DNA from: an uncultured virus (IMG/VR IMGVR_UViG_3300024359_000004)
Taxonomy: Duplodnaviria > Heunggongvirae > Uroviricota > Caudoviricetes
DNA: 20,000 nt
IMG/VR virus record: IMGVR_UViG_3300024359_000004
Reading direction: 5' to 3' (one strand)
A program made the translations under genes and the position numbers. Each line of letters opens with the position of its first letter. Within the stretch, counting starts at the first letter, position 1. The notes beneath the pieces are model-generated. The model had not been told where the DNA came from. It did no database searches and worked only from the letters and a program-made list of their open reading frames with translations. This document shows positions 1 to 8,353 of the stretch, piece after piece.

Positions 1-776
1 AGACTATTACCTTTAGCAAGACTAATTGGGTTTAAATTAACTCTACCTAATGTATTTTCTTGTAACTCAAATGCTATATTATTACCAATAGCTGTTGCTA
101 GGTATCCAGCAGCAAGTTGACCTAATCTTGTATCATTTATTACACCTGTTGCAGTAAGTACTCTACCAGCTAATGAACTTCTAACATCAAAGTCAGATGT
201 TAATCCACCGCCATTTGGGTCAAATCCAATACCACCACCTTGAGTAACGCTACCAATTATATCTAACGGTTGAGTTGAAGGACCGCCAACATTTAAGTTA
301 TTATTTTCATCTAAATAAGAACCTGTTTGATTTCCAAATTTCTTATAAACTATATCAACTGGTGTTAACTTAGTAACATCTAAATATTGGTTGTTGATAA
401 CATTTGACTCTAAGTTATCTTCATTAGCTTCTAATAATTGAGCAGCAATATTACTATAAGGTTCATTATTCCATACATTACCAGCAATTGTTGAATTTGT
501 ATTACCTGGAAGGAAATTAACATTATATTGTTGGTAATCAATATTATCACCTTGGTATTTATTAACAGATATATTACCATCCTTATAAAAAACACCATCA
601 TCTTCTATATTAGGTGAACTTTGGACTGATAAAGGTTGTGTTGATGGGTCTGCTGGATACCCAATACCAACTAATTCTGATAATAAACCATTATCGGTTA
701 TTGTATCAGTAATTACATTTCTATTAAGTAATATATCCCTAAAAGTTGGTGATAACGTATTTATTCCATTTGGCAT
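1..776 (-). CDS. Virion structural protein downstream of tape measure (probable baseplate/hub region), 3' end outside window
   Basis: Not in the ORF track; translated by hand from ATG at 776 (MPNGINTLSPTFRDILLNRNVITDTITDNGLLSELVGIG...QENTLGRVNLNPISLAKGNS), open to position 1. GTATTTAT motif at 794-801 upstream. Function inferred from gene position only. Confidence 0.8.
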   Translation of the reverse strand, partial: MPNGINTLSPTFRDILLNRNVITDTITDNGLLSELVGIGYPADPSTQPLSVQSSPNIEDDGVFYKDGNISVNKYQGDNIDYQQYNVNFLPGNTNSTIAGNVWNNEPYSNIAAQLLEANEDNLESNVINNQYLDVTKLTPVDIVYKKFGNQTGSYLDENNNLNVGGPSTQPLDIIGSVTQGGGIGFDPNGGGLTSDFDVRSSLAGRVLTATGVINDTRLGQLAAGYLATAIGNNIAFELQENTLGRVNLNPISLAKGNS

Positions 777-869
777 AATAAAATCTTTTTATTATAAATA
801 CTATGTTAACTAAAAATTTTAGAAAATAAATAGTTGATAAAATGAAAAAAATACTATATATTATATAAA

Positions 870-975
870 TTATATTATATTAATTATATTATATAGTTAT
901 ATTATATTAATTATATTATATAGTTATATTATATTATATTATATAGTTATATTATATTATATAGTTATATTATAG
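870..975. repeat. A/T-rich tandem array of TTATA pentamers punctuated by TAG
   Basis: Units: TTATATTATATTAATTATATTATATAG x2 (870-896, 897-923), (TTATA)4TAG (924-946), (TTATA)3TAG (947-964), TTATATTATAG (965-975). Confidence 0.95.
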
Positions 976-1006
976 TTAATATATATATTATATTATATAT
1001 ATAATA

Positions 1007-1037
1007 CAAAAATAATAGGATAAAACTTGAAAAGCAA
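1007..1037 (-). promoter_or_regulatory. Bacteroidota primary-sigma-type promoter (-33 TTG / -7 TAnnTTTG) pointing into the A/T array
   Basis: Minus strand reads TTG(1037-1035)-cttttcaagttttatcctat (20 nt)-TATTTTTG(1014-1007), matching the established Bacteroidetes consensus and spacing. Confidence 0.7.
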
Positions 1038-1072
1038 CTTTTTTATAAACTTTTTTTTTATTTTTTTTTAGA

Positions 1073-3601
1073 TTATCCAAATTGAGGGTTAGGAGTTAGT
1101 TTATTTTCATTTCTATTTCCAGCAATTCGTTGTGCTATCATTGATATTAATCTTTCTTGTGTATCTGGATTGTTAAGATGTTCCGCACCATCACCTTCAA
1201 ACCTAATAGTTCCTTTAATATCATCAAATTTATGTTTAACTTCTGATGAACCACCATTACCAAAATGCTTATCAGCAACTTTACTCAATTGGTTTTCTGA
1301 TGTGGATGCCATCATAACATCATTAACTTTCATAAATTTATCTCTAGGATTAAATTCTATTATAGCATCATTAGCTGATACTGTTTTTGCTTGTGGAATC
1401 ATTGCTTGTGGTCCTCTTCCATTATTACCAGTATCAGAGTTTTTACCAAATTCATTATAAAGGCCGTATAAAGCACCTAAACCACCACCAACTAAACCAC
1501 CTAATGGACCAAGAAGCATACCTAATGAAGCACCTGTTAAAGCTGAACTACCAACACCTAAAGCTTTACCAGCACCACTATTATAAAATTCTTCATCTTC
1601 ACTACCTCTAAGATAATCCACTCCCATACCAGCTAAACCAAGACCCATACCACCAACAAGTGAACCCATGCTACCAGCTGCAAATCTAGAACCACCACCA
1701 GCCAATTTAGCTAATGTCTTATTGCCACCAAACCTATTTAATGTAGCAGCACCTCTACTCATTCTAGAACCGCCTAAACCCATAAATCCAGTACCTCTAG
1801 AAGCAACACCACCAGCAACTCCAGAACCACCTCCGAAGCCACCTCCTAAGCCACCACCCATATTAAATCCCGTTCTGAGTAATTTACCAGTAGCTATCCA
1901 AGACGCAGCTTTAAATAACCCAATACCTAAAAGTGATTTAATAGGGTTTTCTATAATAAATTTACCGATACTACCAGCTAATTTAGCAGCCCCACCAGCA
2001 AAATTTCTAAGAGTAGTATAAAACCCTTCTTTATTCCATTTCTCTTGTAAATCCTGTAATGGTTTACCTAAAAATTCTTTTAAGTCTTTAGCTACAGGAA
2101 CTAATACTTGCTTAAGTGTCATTGTCAAGTCTGTAATAACTTCTTCAAATGTTCTTGCAGCTTTAGCCCTTTTTTCAAGTGTTTCTTTTTCATTTCTAAT
2201 TGAATCTAATTGACTTGCTTCTAAATTTTTAACTAATTCGTCTTTACCATCAATATTAATATAAAACTCACCATTTTTTAATTCAGCTACACTTGATATA
2301 AACTCCTTATCTTTATCTTCAAAATTTATTGGTGTTATTGAACCTATGGATTCTATCTTCTTTTGCTGAACAGCCATTTCTTGAAGTTTCTCAACACTAA
2401 GACCTGTCATCTTAGATATTTCCCTCATTCTATCTCTTGCAAGACCTCCCATAACCTCGAAAGAGCCCGTCTCCTTGTTGAACTCAACAAATTCAGAGGT
2501 AGCCTTACCAATATCCTTAGCGAAGCCTTCCATGTCATTTCTAGCCTTAAACATAAGTGTCATAGGGTCACCTAGTTTTGCGAACTCTCCACCCATTACA
2601 GATAGTTGTGCTGCCATTTCTATAGCACCTTCTGGTCTAAACACCTTATCAGCTAGACTGGCGATGCCATCCATATCTAATTTAAGTCTAAGAGCATCAG
2701 ACGACATTTTACCTAATGCCTTAACACCACCCTTAAAGTTATATTTTTGAGCTAATTTAAGATTCTTTTGTAATGCTTGTGAAGCCGCTGCACCATTAAC
2801 ACCCATTTCACCAGCGATGTTCATAGTGTCTTCAACCATCTTAGCACTAGCTTCAGCACCAACACCAAAATTATCCATAGCTGAAGCCATACCTATAGCA
2901 AACTGTTCGCCAAGTCCAGTACCTTCAGCCATTCCAGCCATAGCTTTAAGACCACCTTCTGTAAGTCTTACACTTCTACCAATTTCTTTACTATAACCAC
3001 CTTGTAATATTGCTAACTTTTTCAAGTTAACACCCATCATTGTGGTACTATCAGCTGCGGAATATAAATTTTTTGAGAAAGAATCAAACTGGGAACTACC
3101 AAGAGCCATGCTTCTTGATGCGTTACGGATTTCTTTATCCATATCAAACACACCATAAGACCTAAGCTTATCCCAACCCCACTTTTTAACAAAGTTACCT
3201 GTTGAATTAGCTATTGATTTAAGCTTATTAGCTTCTTTAACTGATTCTTTTAAATTTTTAAGAGCCTCTTTATGTTCTTTGTTTTGTTGATTTAAGTAAC
3301 CAATTCTAGATTTTATATATGGTTCCTGTTCTTTTAAGACAGCTAAAGTCTTTTTTTCTTGGTCGGTTAGTTTTGAAGCTTCTTTTTTTCTTAATTTAGT
3401 TAAAGTTTCTAATTCTTTCTCACTAGCCTTAATTTGTTTTTGAGTATTAATTATATCCTTCTCTACTTCATTAATCTTTTTAGTAGCTTCATACCATTTA
3501 CCAATACCCTTCTCAACTTCTTGAGAACCCTTACGAACATCAGCTAAGTTTCTTTTAAACTTATCAAATTCGTCATTAAAATCTTTAAAATTATCAGCCA
3601 T
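1073..3601 (-). CDS. Tail tape measure protein
   Basis: 842 aa, helical/coiled-coil N-terminus, Ala/Gly/Met-rich middle, Gly-rich hydrophobic C-terminal segments (GMLLGPLGGLVGGGLGALYG); lies downstream of tube and chaperone genes. Confidence 0.8.
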   Translation of the reverse strand: MADNFKDFNDEFDKFKRNLADVRKGSQEVEKGIGKWYEATKKINEVEKDIINTQKQIKASEKELETLTKLRKKEASKLTDQEKKTLAVLKEQEPYIKSRIGYLNQQNKEHKEALKNLKESVKEANKLKSIANSTGNFVKKWGWDKLRSYGVFDMDKEIRNASRSMALGSSQFDSFSKNLYSAADSTTMMGVNLKKLAILQGGYSKEIGRSVRLTEGGLKAMAGMAEGTGLGEQFAIGMASAMDNFGVGAEASAKMVEDTMNIAGEMGVNGAAASQALQKNLKLAQKYNFKGGVKALGKMSSDALRLKLDMDGIASLADKVFRPEGAIEMAAQLSVMGGEFAKLGDPMTLMFKARNDMEGFAKDIGKATSEFVEFNKETGSFEVMGGLARDRMREISKMTGLSVEKLQEMAVQQKKIESIGSITPINFEDKDKEFISSVAELKNGEFYINIDGKDELVKNLEASQLDSIRNEKETLEKRAKAARTFEEVITDLTMTLKQVLVPVAKDLKEFLGKPLQDLQEKWNKEGFYTTLRNFAGGAAKLAGSIGKFIIENPIKSLLGIGLFKAASWIATGKLLRTGFNMGGGLGGGFGGGSGVAGGVASRGTGFMGLGGSRMSRGAATLNRFGGNKTLAKLAGGGSRFAAGSMGSLVGGMGLGLAGMGVDYLRGSEDEEFYNSGAGKALGVGSSALTGASLGMLLGPLGGLVGGGLGALYGLYNEFGKNSDTGNNGRGPQAMIPQAKTVSANDAIIEFNPRDKFMKVNDVMMASTSENQLSKVADKHFGNGGSSEVKHKFDDIKGTIRFEGDGAEHLNNPDTQERLISMIAQRIAGNRNENKLTPNPQFG

Positions 3602-3624
3602 TAGAACTTATACTTAAATTAATC

Positions 3625-5172
3625 TTACTTTTTTTCTTTATTTTTATTCTTACTAGATTTAACTATTTTAATCTTACCTTCACCAATATCTACCAATTTT
3701 TTACCCTTATCTAGTTTTCCTTTTAAAATGACTTCATATATTTTGAAATTATCATTATCTTGTAATTCCTTTAATATATCTATTCTGTATTTAAAAGCAC
3801 CACTAGTTCTTTTATCTTGAAAGTTAGTTGCTAGGTTAGGATAAATATCACCAGGACCTCTTTTTTTAACAATTGTGTAATATCTTCTACCTTCTTTCAT
3901 AGGCATATCTTTAGTATTACTATCTGTAACTCTAAACTGAGTAAACTCAATCATCTTCTGTTCACCAGTTTTAAAATCCTTTAATAACTTTGAATTTTTT
4001 TCAGCTGACTTAAGCCATCCAGATAATTTTTCATCAGCTGGTATAATACCTCTTTCTTTAGCAACGCCTATAAATTCTAAAAATGCGTTAGGTTTTCTCC
4101 AAAGAGCATTCCTAAGGATTTTATCATCTTTCATGAATTCTTTAAACTGAGCTTCTATTTCATCATCAGACAAACCATTAAACTCATCTTCTTCAGAATC
4201 TATTTGACTCTTAATATCTGATGATATGTAATTATCTATAGCATAAATTACAAAATCTTCTGACTTAGATTTAACATTACCACCATCTTCAGCACCACCA
4301 ACATACTTTTTCATTTTTATATCAGCGTAATCGGGTTTGAATATAACTTTACCAGTTTTATCATCCTTAACTTCTTTAACCTTTAAATCTATATTTTTAG
4401 AGTCTAATTTAAATTCTATTTGATTACCAACTAATTCTTTATACCTATCAGCCTCTTCACTTCCGTAAGCACTATCAATCTCCCAAGAAACACTACTTGA
4501 ATCTTTACTAGTAACAATTAGATTTAATTGCCCACCACCCTTAAATTCAAATAGATAAGTATTATCTAATTTAGACTCTCTAATAGTATTTAATAAATCA
4601 TTTACAGCATCAGTTCTAGTATCTTCTTCAGTTGGTTCTGAATTATCTATATTATCTTGTCCAGGCTCTTCAATTGCACCAGTATCAACATTAACATTAA
4701 ACTTAGCTTTTAAATTAGAATCTAAATTACAATTTAAATCAGTACCAGCACCCTCAAAAACTTTAAAATCTTTAATTTTATTATTTTTTTGTTTCCAGTT
4801 TTTAACGTCTGATTTAATAGATTTTATAGAACTAGTATCCTTTATATTCTTATGTTGTTCAATATCTGCTGATAACTTACCATCACCTTGTAAACTAGAA
4901 GCAGTTAAGAACCAGAATTCATTCTTATGAACACCATTATTACAATTAATCATTAATATTTGACCACTAAAAGCATCAATAACTTTGAAATGTAATTCAC
5001 TACCACCCAATGTAGTAACCATTATAGCATCACCAGCTTTGATTTTTCTAATAGCATCGGACATATTCTGTTCCAATATCAATCTATTATACTGGGATTC
5101 AGTAATAACTAACTTAGTTTTGGGTTTATTGAATACCCTGTTATATTGTGATTCATTAATAACTAACTTCAT
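3625..5172 (-). CDS. Hypothetical protein with duplicated N-terminal KLVI(N/T)ESQYNR(V/L) motif, possibly virion-internal
   Basis: 515-aa ORF with ATATTTAT motif at 5191-5198; ends 23 nt before the tape measure start. Confidence 0.75.
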   Translation of the reverse strand: MKLVINESQYNRVFNKPKTKLVITESQYNRLILEQNMSDAIRKIKAGDAIMVTTLGGSELHFKVIDAFSGQILMINCNNGVHKNEFWFLTASSLQGDGKLSADIEQHKNIKDTSSIKSIKSDVKNWKQKNNKIKDFKVFEGAGTDLNCNLDSNLKAKFNVNVDTGAIEEPGQDNIDNSEPTEEDTRTDAVNDLLNTIRESKLDNTYLFEFKGGGQLNLIVTSKDSSSVSWEIDSAYGSEEADRYKELVGNQIEFKLDSKNIDLKVKEVKDDKTGKVIFKPDYADIKMKKYVGGAEDGGNVKSKSEDFVIYAIDNYISSDIKSQIDSEEDEFNGLSDDEIEAQFKEFMKDDKILRNALWRKPNAFLEFIGVAKERGIIPADEKLSGWLKSAEKNSKLLKDFKTGEQKMIEFTQFRVTDSNTKDMPMKEGRRYYTIVKKRGPGDIYPNLATNFQDKRTSGAFKYRIDILKELQDNDNFKIYEVILKGKLDKGKKLVDIGEGKIKIVKSSKNKNKEKK

Positions 5173-5207
5173 AAAGATGTCTTTTTTATAATAAATATCT
5201 AAAACAT

Positions 5208-5243
5208 AAAAAAATACCCAACTATTTAATTAGTTAGGTATTT
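5208..5243 (-). terminator. Intrinsic terminator overlapping the stop of the chaperone extension ORF
   Basis: Minus strand: AAATACCTAACTA-attaaa-TAGTTGGGTATTT (one G.U pair) followed by a T run. Confidence 0.7.
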
Positions 5244-5502
5244 GTCCTGTTTTTAATTTAGACTTTAATTGTTCACCACCTATCCTTGTGGTTCTAGAAC
5301 CCTTAGCGTTTTTATTCCTAGCACTCTGCATTTGCTCCTCCATCATTTCATTTTTCTTATTATTTTCATTAATAAGTGTTAATAAGAAAAACTTTCTTTC
5401 ATGGGTTGGTGCTGATAAAACGTCTTGATAAGTCATACCTAAATGTTTTATACAAATATATATCTCCTCTAATAGTCCTGGTTTATATTCTGGCGTTAGG
5501 CC
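5230..5502 (-). CDS. C-terminal extension of tail assembly chaperone (gpT-like / gp51-like), probably made by frameshift
   Basis: The track gives a 68-aa ORF from 5436, but the frame is open upstream through the T7 run: FF-GLTPEYKPGLLEEIYICIKHLG-MTYQDVLSAPTHERKFFL..., overlapping the end of the 374-aa gene in the +1 frame. Confidence 0.7.
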   Translation of the reverse strand, partial: GLTPEYKPGLLEEIYICIKHLGMTYQDVLSAPTHERKFFLLTLINENNKKNEMMEEQMQSARNKNAKGSRTTRIGGEQLKSKLKTGQIPN

Positions 5503-6607
5503 AAAAAAACCTTGGCGTAATGGGAAGAAACATATTTATGGACCCACCTCCAGGAGTCCTTACATCGATATTCATATCAATGCCACATTCTATCTTAGAT
5601 ATGTAATTTCTTAGACCTTGAGCATCTCCTACTCTCATAGAGTTTGCGAACTCTTTTATGTATGTTCTGTCTTTATTTCCATCAATATCAACTAACTGCC
5701 TTTCCAAAATAAGTGTTTGTTCTTCATTAATTGGATTATCTTTATTTTCTTCTACTAATTTCTCAAGATTCTCTAACTCACCAACTGTAAGCATCTTAAA
5801 CCTAACAGTTTTTTTACTTAACGGTAATTCATAAGTGAAAAGACCATCAGATTCTGGCTCAACACTTAAATTAACCGTCTTAAGGTCAGATAAGTTAACT
5901 TCAGTCTCAAAAGGTTCATCATTCTCATCATAAGCTAATATTGGATACATTTCACCATACCCTGTAGCTCTAAGCCAAATCATAATTGCATTTCTATCAC
6001 CAGGCACCAAATTCTCATACCTTAAATCTGGTTCAAGTAATTTTCTATTAATAAGAATCTCTAAAAATTCACCACTTTCAACTAAGTTTGGTGAAGTAAG
6101 AATATTTTCATCTGCTGTGGTTAAATAAGCAACCTTAACACCTTTCTTTTTAGTTTTATATAATTTACCCTCAGAAGGTAATGGAATAACATCAAATGGT
6201 TGATTAAATTGAGGCTGACTAATAGATTCAATGTAAGCATCATTATTATCCTTATTAGGTTCTTCATTAGAATCACCAGAATTATTATTATTATTATTAT
6301 TATTTGTTGGTGGTGGGGTTGTTGGAGGAGGTGTTCTATCAGCTCTCTTTTGTTCCATTTTTTTAGCTCTTTTCTCATCCATCTGTCTAGCAATTTCTTC
6401 TTGTTTTCTTAATTGCTCATCCCTATTCCTTATTAACTCTTCATTATTCTTTCTCATTTCAGCAGCAGCTTCAGCTTCTTTTTGAGAACCATAATCTGTT
6501 TCAAGATTATTTTCACTAGCTAATTGATTAGCAATTCTTTCACCAGTATCATTAGCTTCATTGATTTGTTCTTTTGTTGGAAAAACATTAGGTTTTACAT
6601 CACTCAT
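5483..6607 (-). CDS. Tail/baseplate hub assembly chaperone (T4 gp26-like)
   Basis: Motifs DVIPLPSEGKLY, VAYLTTADENIL, GDRNAIMIWLRATGYG, ELPLSKKTVRFKMLT and C-terminal FFWP are typical of gp26-like chaperones; lies between tube and tape measure. Has a ~130-aa charged/low-complexity N-terminal extension with PPPTTPPPT-N8. Confidence 0.75.
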   Translation of the reverse strand: MSDVKPNVFPTKEQINEANDTGERIANQLASENNLETDYGSQKEAEAAAEMRKNNEELIRNRDEQLRKQEEIARQMDEKRAKKMEQKRADRTPPPTTPPPTNNNNNNNNSGDSNEEPNKDNNDAYIESISQPQFNQPFDVIPLPSEGKLYKTKKKGVKVAYLTTADENILTSPNLVESGEFLEILINRKLLEPDLRYENLVPGDRNAIMIWLRATGYGEMYPILAYDENDEPFETEVNLSDLKTVNLSVEPESDGLFTYELPLSKKTVRFKMLTVGELENLEKLVEENKDNPINEEQTLILERQLVDIDGNKDRTYIKEFANSMRVGDAQGLRNYISKIECGIDMNIDVRTPGGGSINMFLPITPRFFWPNARI

Positions 6608-6676
6608 AATTAAAACGTTTTAATAAATTTTTATATCCTAAATCTACTTAATAAATATCCTAAGTAAAGTTTTTTA

Positions 6677-6707
6677 TTGCTTTTTTAATCATATAGTATT
6701 ATATTTG
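6677..6707 (+). promoter_or_regulatory. Bacteroidota primary-sigma-type promoter for the 71-aa gene
   Basis: TTG(6677-6679)-20 nt-TATATTTG(6700-6707), 23 nt upstream of the ATG at 6731. Confidence 0.75.
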
Positions 6708-6730
6708 GTTTAATATTAAAATTAATTATT

Positions 6731-6946
6731 ATGGAAATAAACGATATTAAAAAAGAATTATACAAACAAAAACCTACAGCTAACATTCTTTTTATTAGAA
6801 AAGGTGTTGCATATTACACAACAATAATTGAATTTGAAGAACAAACACATTCTGTTAGATTTGAAGTACCTGTAGACGATATGGGTGATGCTGATTTTTT
6901 CCCAGAAATGGATGGTAAATTATTAATTAGGTATATAAGTAAATAA
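6731..6946 (+). CDS. Small hypothetical protein, opposite in orientation to the tail genes
   Basis: 71 aa with its own promoter and terminator; protein-like composition (FEVPVDDMGDADFFPEMDGKLLIRYI). Confidence 0.8.
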   Translation: MEINDIKKELYKQKPTANILFIRKGVAYYTTIIEFEEQTHSVRFEVPVDDMGDADFFPEMDGKLLIRYISK

Positions 6947-6975
6947 AAAAAGACCTCTTAATTGAGGTCTTTTTA
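6943..6975. terminator. Bidirectional intrinsic terminator (copy 1 of 33-bp repeat)
   Basis: A7-GACCTC-ttaatt-GAGGTC-T5 between convergent genes. Confidence 0.85.
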
Positions 6976-6987
6976 TTTATTTTTTTT

Positions 6988-7623
6988 TTAATTACTAGGT
7001 ATAGTACCGTTAGTTGTTGCTATATCACCACGTTTAGATTGACCCATGTATTCTAATTTATAATCAGTAATGGTATAATCTGCATTATTACCTTCAAGTC
7101 TACCTTTTTCTTTAAGATATAATTTTTCTTCTTCAGCTTTTCTTTCTGCTTCTGATAATTTATGGTCTTCTAGTTCATACCATGAACCCCTAGTTTTTGC
7201 AGCATAGGGTTGCATTGTCATTGTACCCCCATCATCTGTTGCTAATGTTGCATATTGATTTGGTGAAGTAGGTTCTGCTACGTCTTCGGTTCCATAAGAA
7301 AATTTATAAACATGTGGGGTTTTCTTTTGACATGAAGCGGCACCACCAACAATAGCACAAACAACTAAAGTTTTAGCTACAGCATCTTTATAAGATTTAA
7401 ATTTTTCCCCAACACCTTTAATCAAATCTTCACCTAACATATCTTCTTTAATCATTAGATTAATTTCATTTGGGTTAACACCTAATTTATCCAATTCAAG
7501 TTTAATAACATCTGGTATATCACTATTAACATCTTCATTTATTAAACCCTTTGAAGTCAAATATCTTTGTTCAGCTAATAAATTAGCCTTTCTCATGTTT
7601 TTTGTTTTATCAAATCTTCTCAT
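6988..7623 (-). CDS. Hypothetical protein with internal lipoprotein-signal-like segment
   Basis: 211 aa; ATATTTAT at 7638-7645; residues ~74-101 KFKSYKDAVAKTLVVCAIVGGAAS-C98-QKK resemble a signal peptide II. Confidence 0.75.
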   Translation of the reverse strand: MRRFDKTKNMRKANLLAEQRYLTSKGLINEDVNSDIPDVIKLELDKLGVNPNEINLMIKEDMLGEDLIKGVGEKFKSYKDAVAKTLVVCAIVGGAASCQKKTPHVYKFSYGTEDVAEPTSPNQYATLATDDGGTMTMQPYAAKTRGSWYELEDHKLSEAERKAEEEKLYLKEKGRLEGNNADYTITDYKLEYMGQSKRGDIATTNGTIPSN

Positions 7624-7654
7624 AACAGTTTTTATTTATAAATATTAACAATAT

Positions 7655-7687
7655 ATAAAAAAAGACCCCTTAATTGAGGTCTTTTTA
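7655..7687 (-). terminator. Intrinsic terminator after tail tube (copy 2 of 33-bp repeat)
   Basis: Minus strand: A5-GACCTC-aattaa-GGGGTC-T7; 32/33 identical to 6943-6975. Confidence 0.85.
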
Positions 7688-7719
7688 AAATATTTAAATG
7701 TTTTAATTTTAAAAATTAA

Positions 7720-8208
7720 TTAGAATAATAAAATCGCTCTATCAAACCTTAAATCAGCTGTGATATCAGCGATAGCATCATCATCCATTGATAAGTCACC
7801 AAAGTTAACGTTAGTCAACATAGTTCCTTGTAGTAACCACTTTTCAATAACAACACCTGTTGGGTCAAGCATTTCTAAATCAACTTCTTTTTTATAACCA
7901 GCAGCATAACCTTGCCTACCAGTGATTGATTCTGATTGCAAACGCACCCATTCCATAATAGCTTGCGCAGCTGAAGGACCAATAGGGTCTCTAAATGTAA
8001 CTGAAATTGATTCCCAAGTAAATCTACCGATTACCCAGGTAGATGTGTTAAGAAATGGAATTTCTACTTCATTTTGTGTGATTGATGGTCTAGAAGCAGA
8101 CGCTAACCACCATTCTTGAATACCTAATTCAGCTGGAAATCTTAAAAGCCATCTATTCTTTTTCTTTGGTTCGTACTGAAAGGGCATTTTCATCAATAAA
8201 TCTGCCAT
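7720..8208 (-). CDS. Tail tube protein (T4 gp19-like)
   Basis: 162 aa directly downstream of sheath; EPKKKNRW, IPFLNTSTWVIGRFTWESISVTFRD, GYAAGYKKEVDLEMLDPTGVVIEKWLLQG, FGDLS, LRFDRA. Confidence 0.93.
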   Translation of the reverse strand: MADLLMKMPFQYEPKKKNRWLLRFPAELGIQEWWLASASRPSITQNEVEIPFLNTSTWVIGRFTWESISVTFRDPIGPSAAQAIMEWVRLQSESITGRQGYAAGYKKEVDLEMLDPTGVVIEKWLLQGTMLTNVNFGDLSMDDDAIADITADLRFDRAILLF

Positions 8209-8306
8209 GTTTTATAATTTTTTTTCTTTTATTTATTATTCTTTATTAATAAATATGTGATTTGATTTTTTTTATCTATTTTATCACATTTTATATTTAT
8301 TTTTTT

Positions 8307-8340
8307 TAATATTAAGGCTCAATTAAGAGCCCTAAGATTA
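8307..8340 (-). other. Hairpin between sheath and tube genes, no U-tail in the sense direction
   Basis: Minus strand TTAGGGCTC-ttaatt-GAGCCTTAA followed by an A run; shares the core CTCAATTAAGAG with the two terminator repeats, in inverted orientation. Confidence 0.6.
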
Positions 8341-8353
8341 AATATTATATCGA

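Noticed and set aside
870..975. Array considered as a CRISPR array
   Set aside because: No unique spacers; low-complexity pentamer repeats; no cas genes in the window.
1170..2750. Plus-strand ORFs within the tape measure (1170, 1387, 1668, 2363, 2475), including a Pro-rich 117-aa one
   Set aside because: Antisense shadows of Gly-rich codons in a clearly real gene; no expression signals.
5459..5470. AGAGGAG Shine-Dalgarno-like sequence upstream of the 68-aa ORF
   Set aside because: It lies 27 nt from the ATG at 5436, encodes LEE in the extended frame, and other genes here lack SD motifs.
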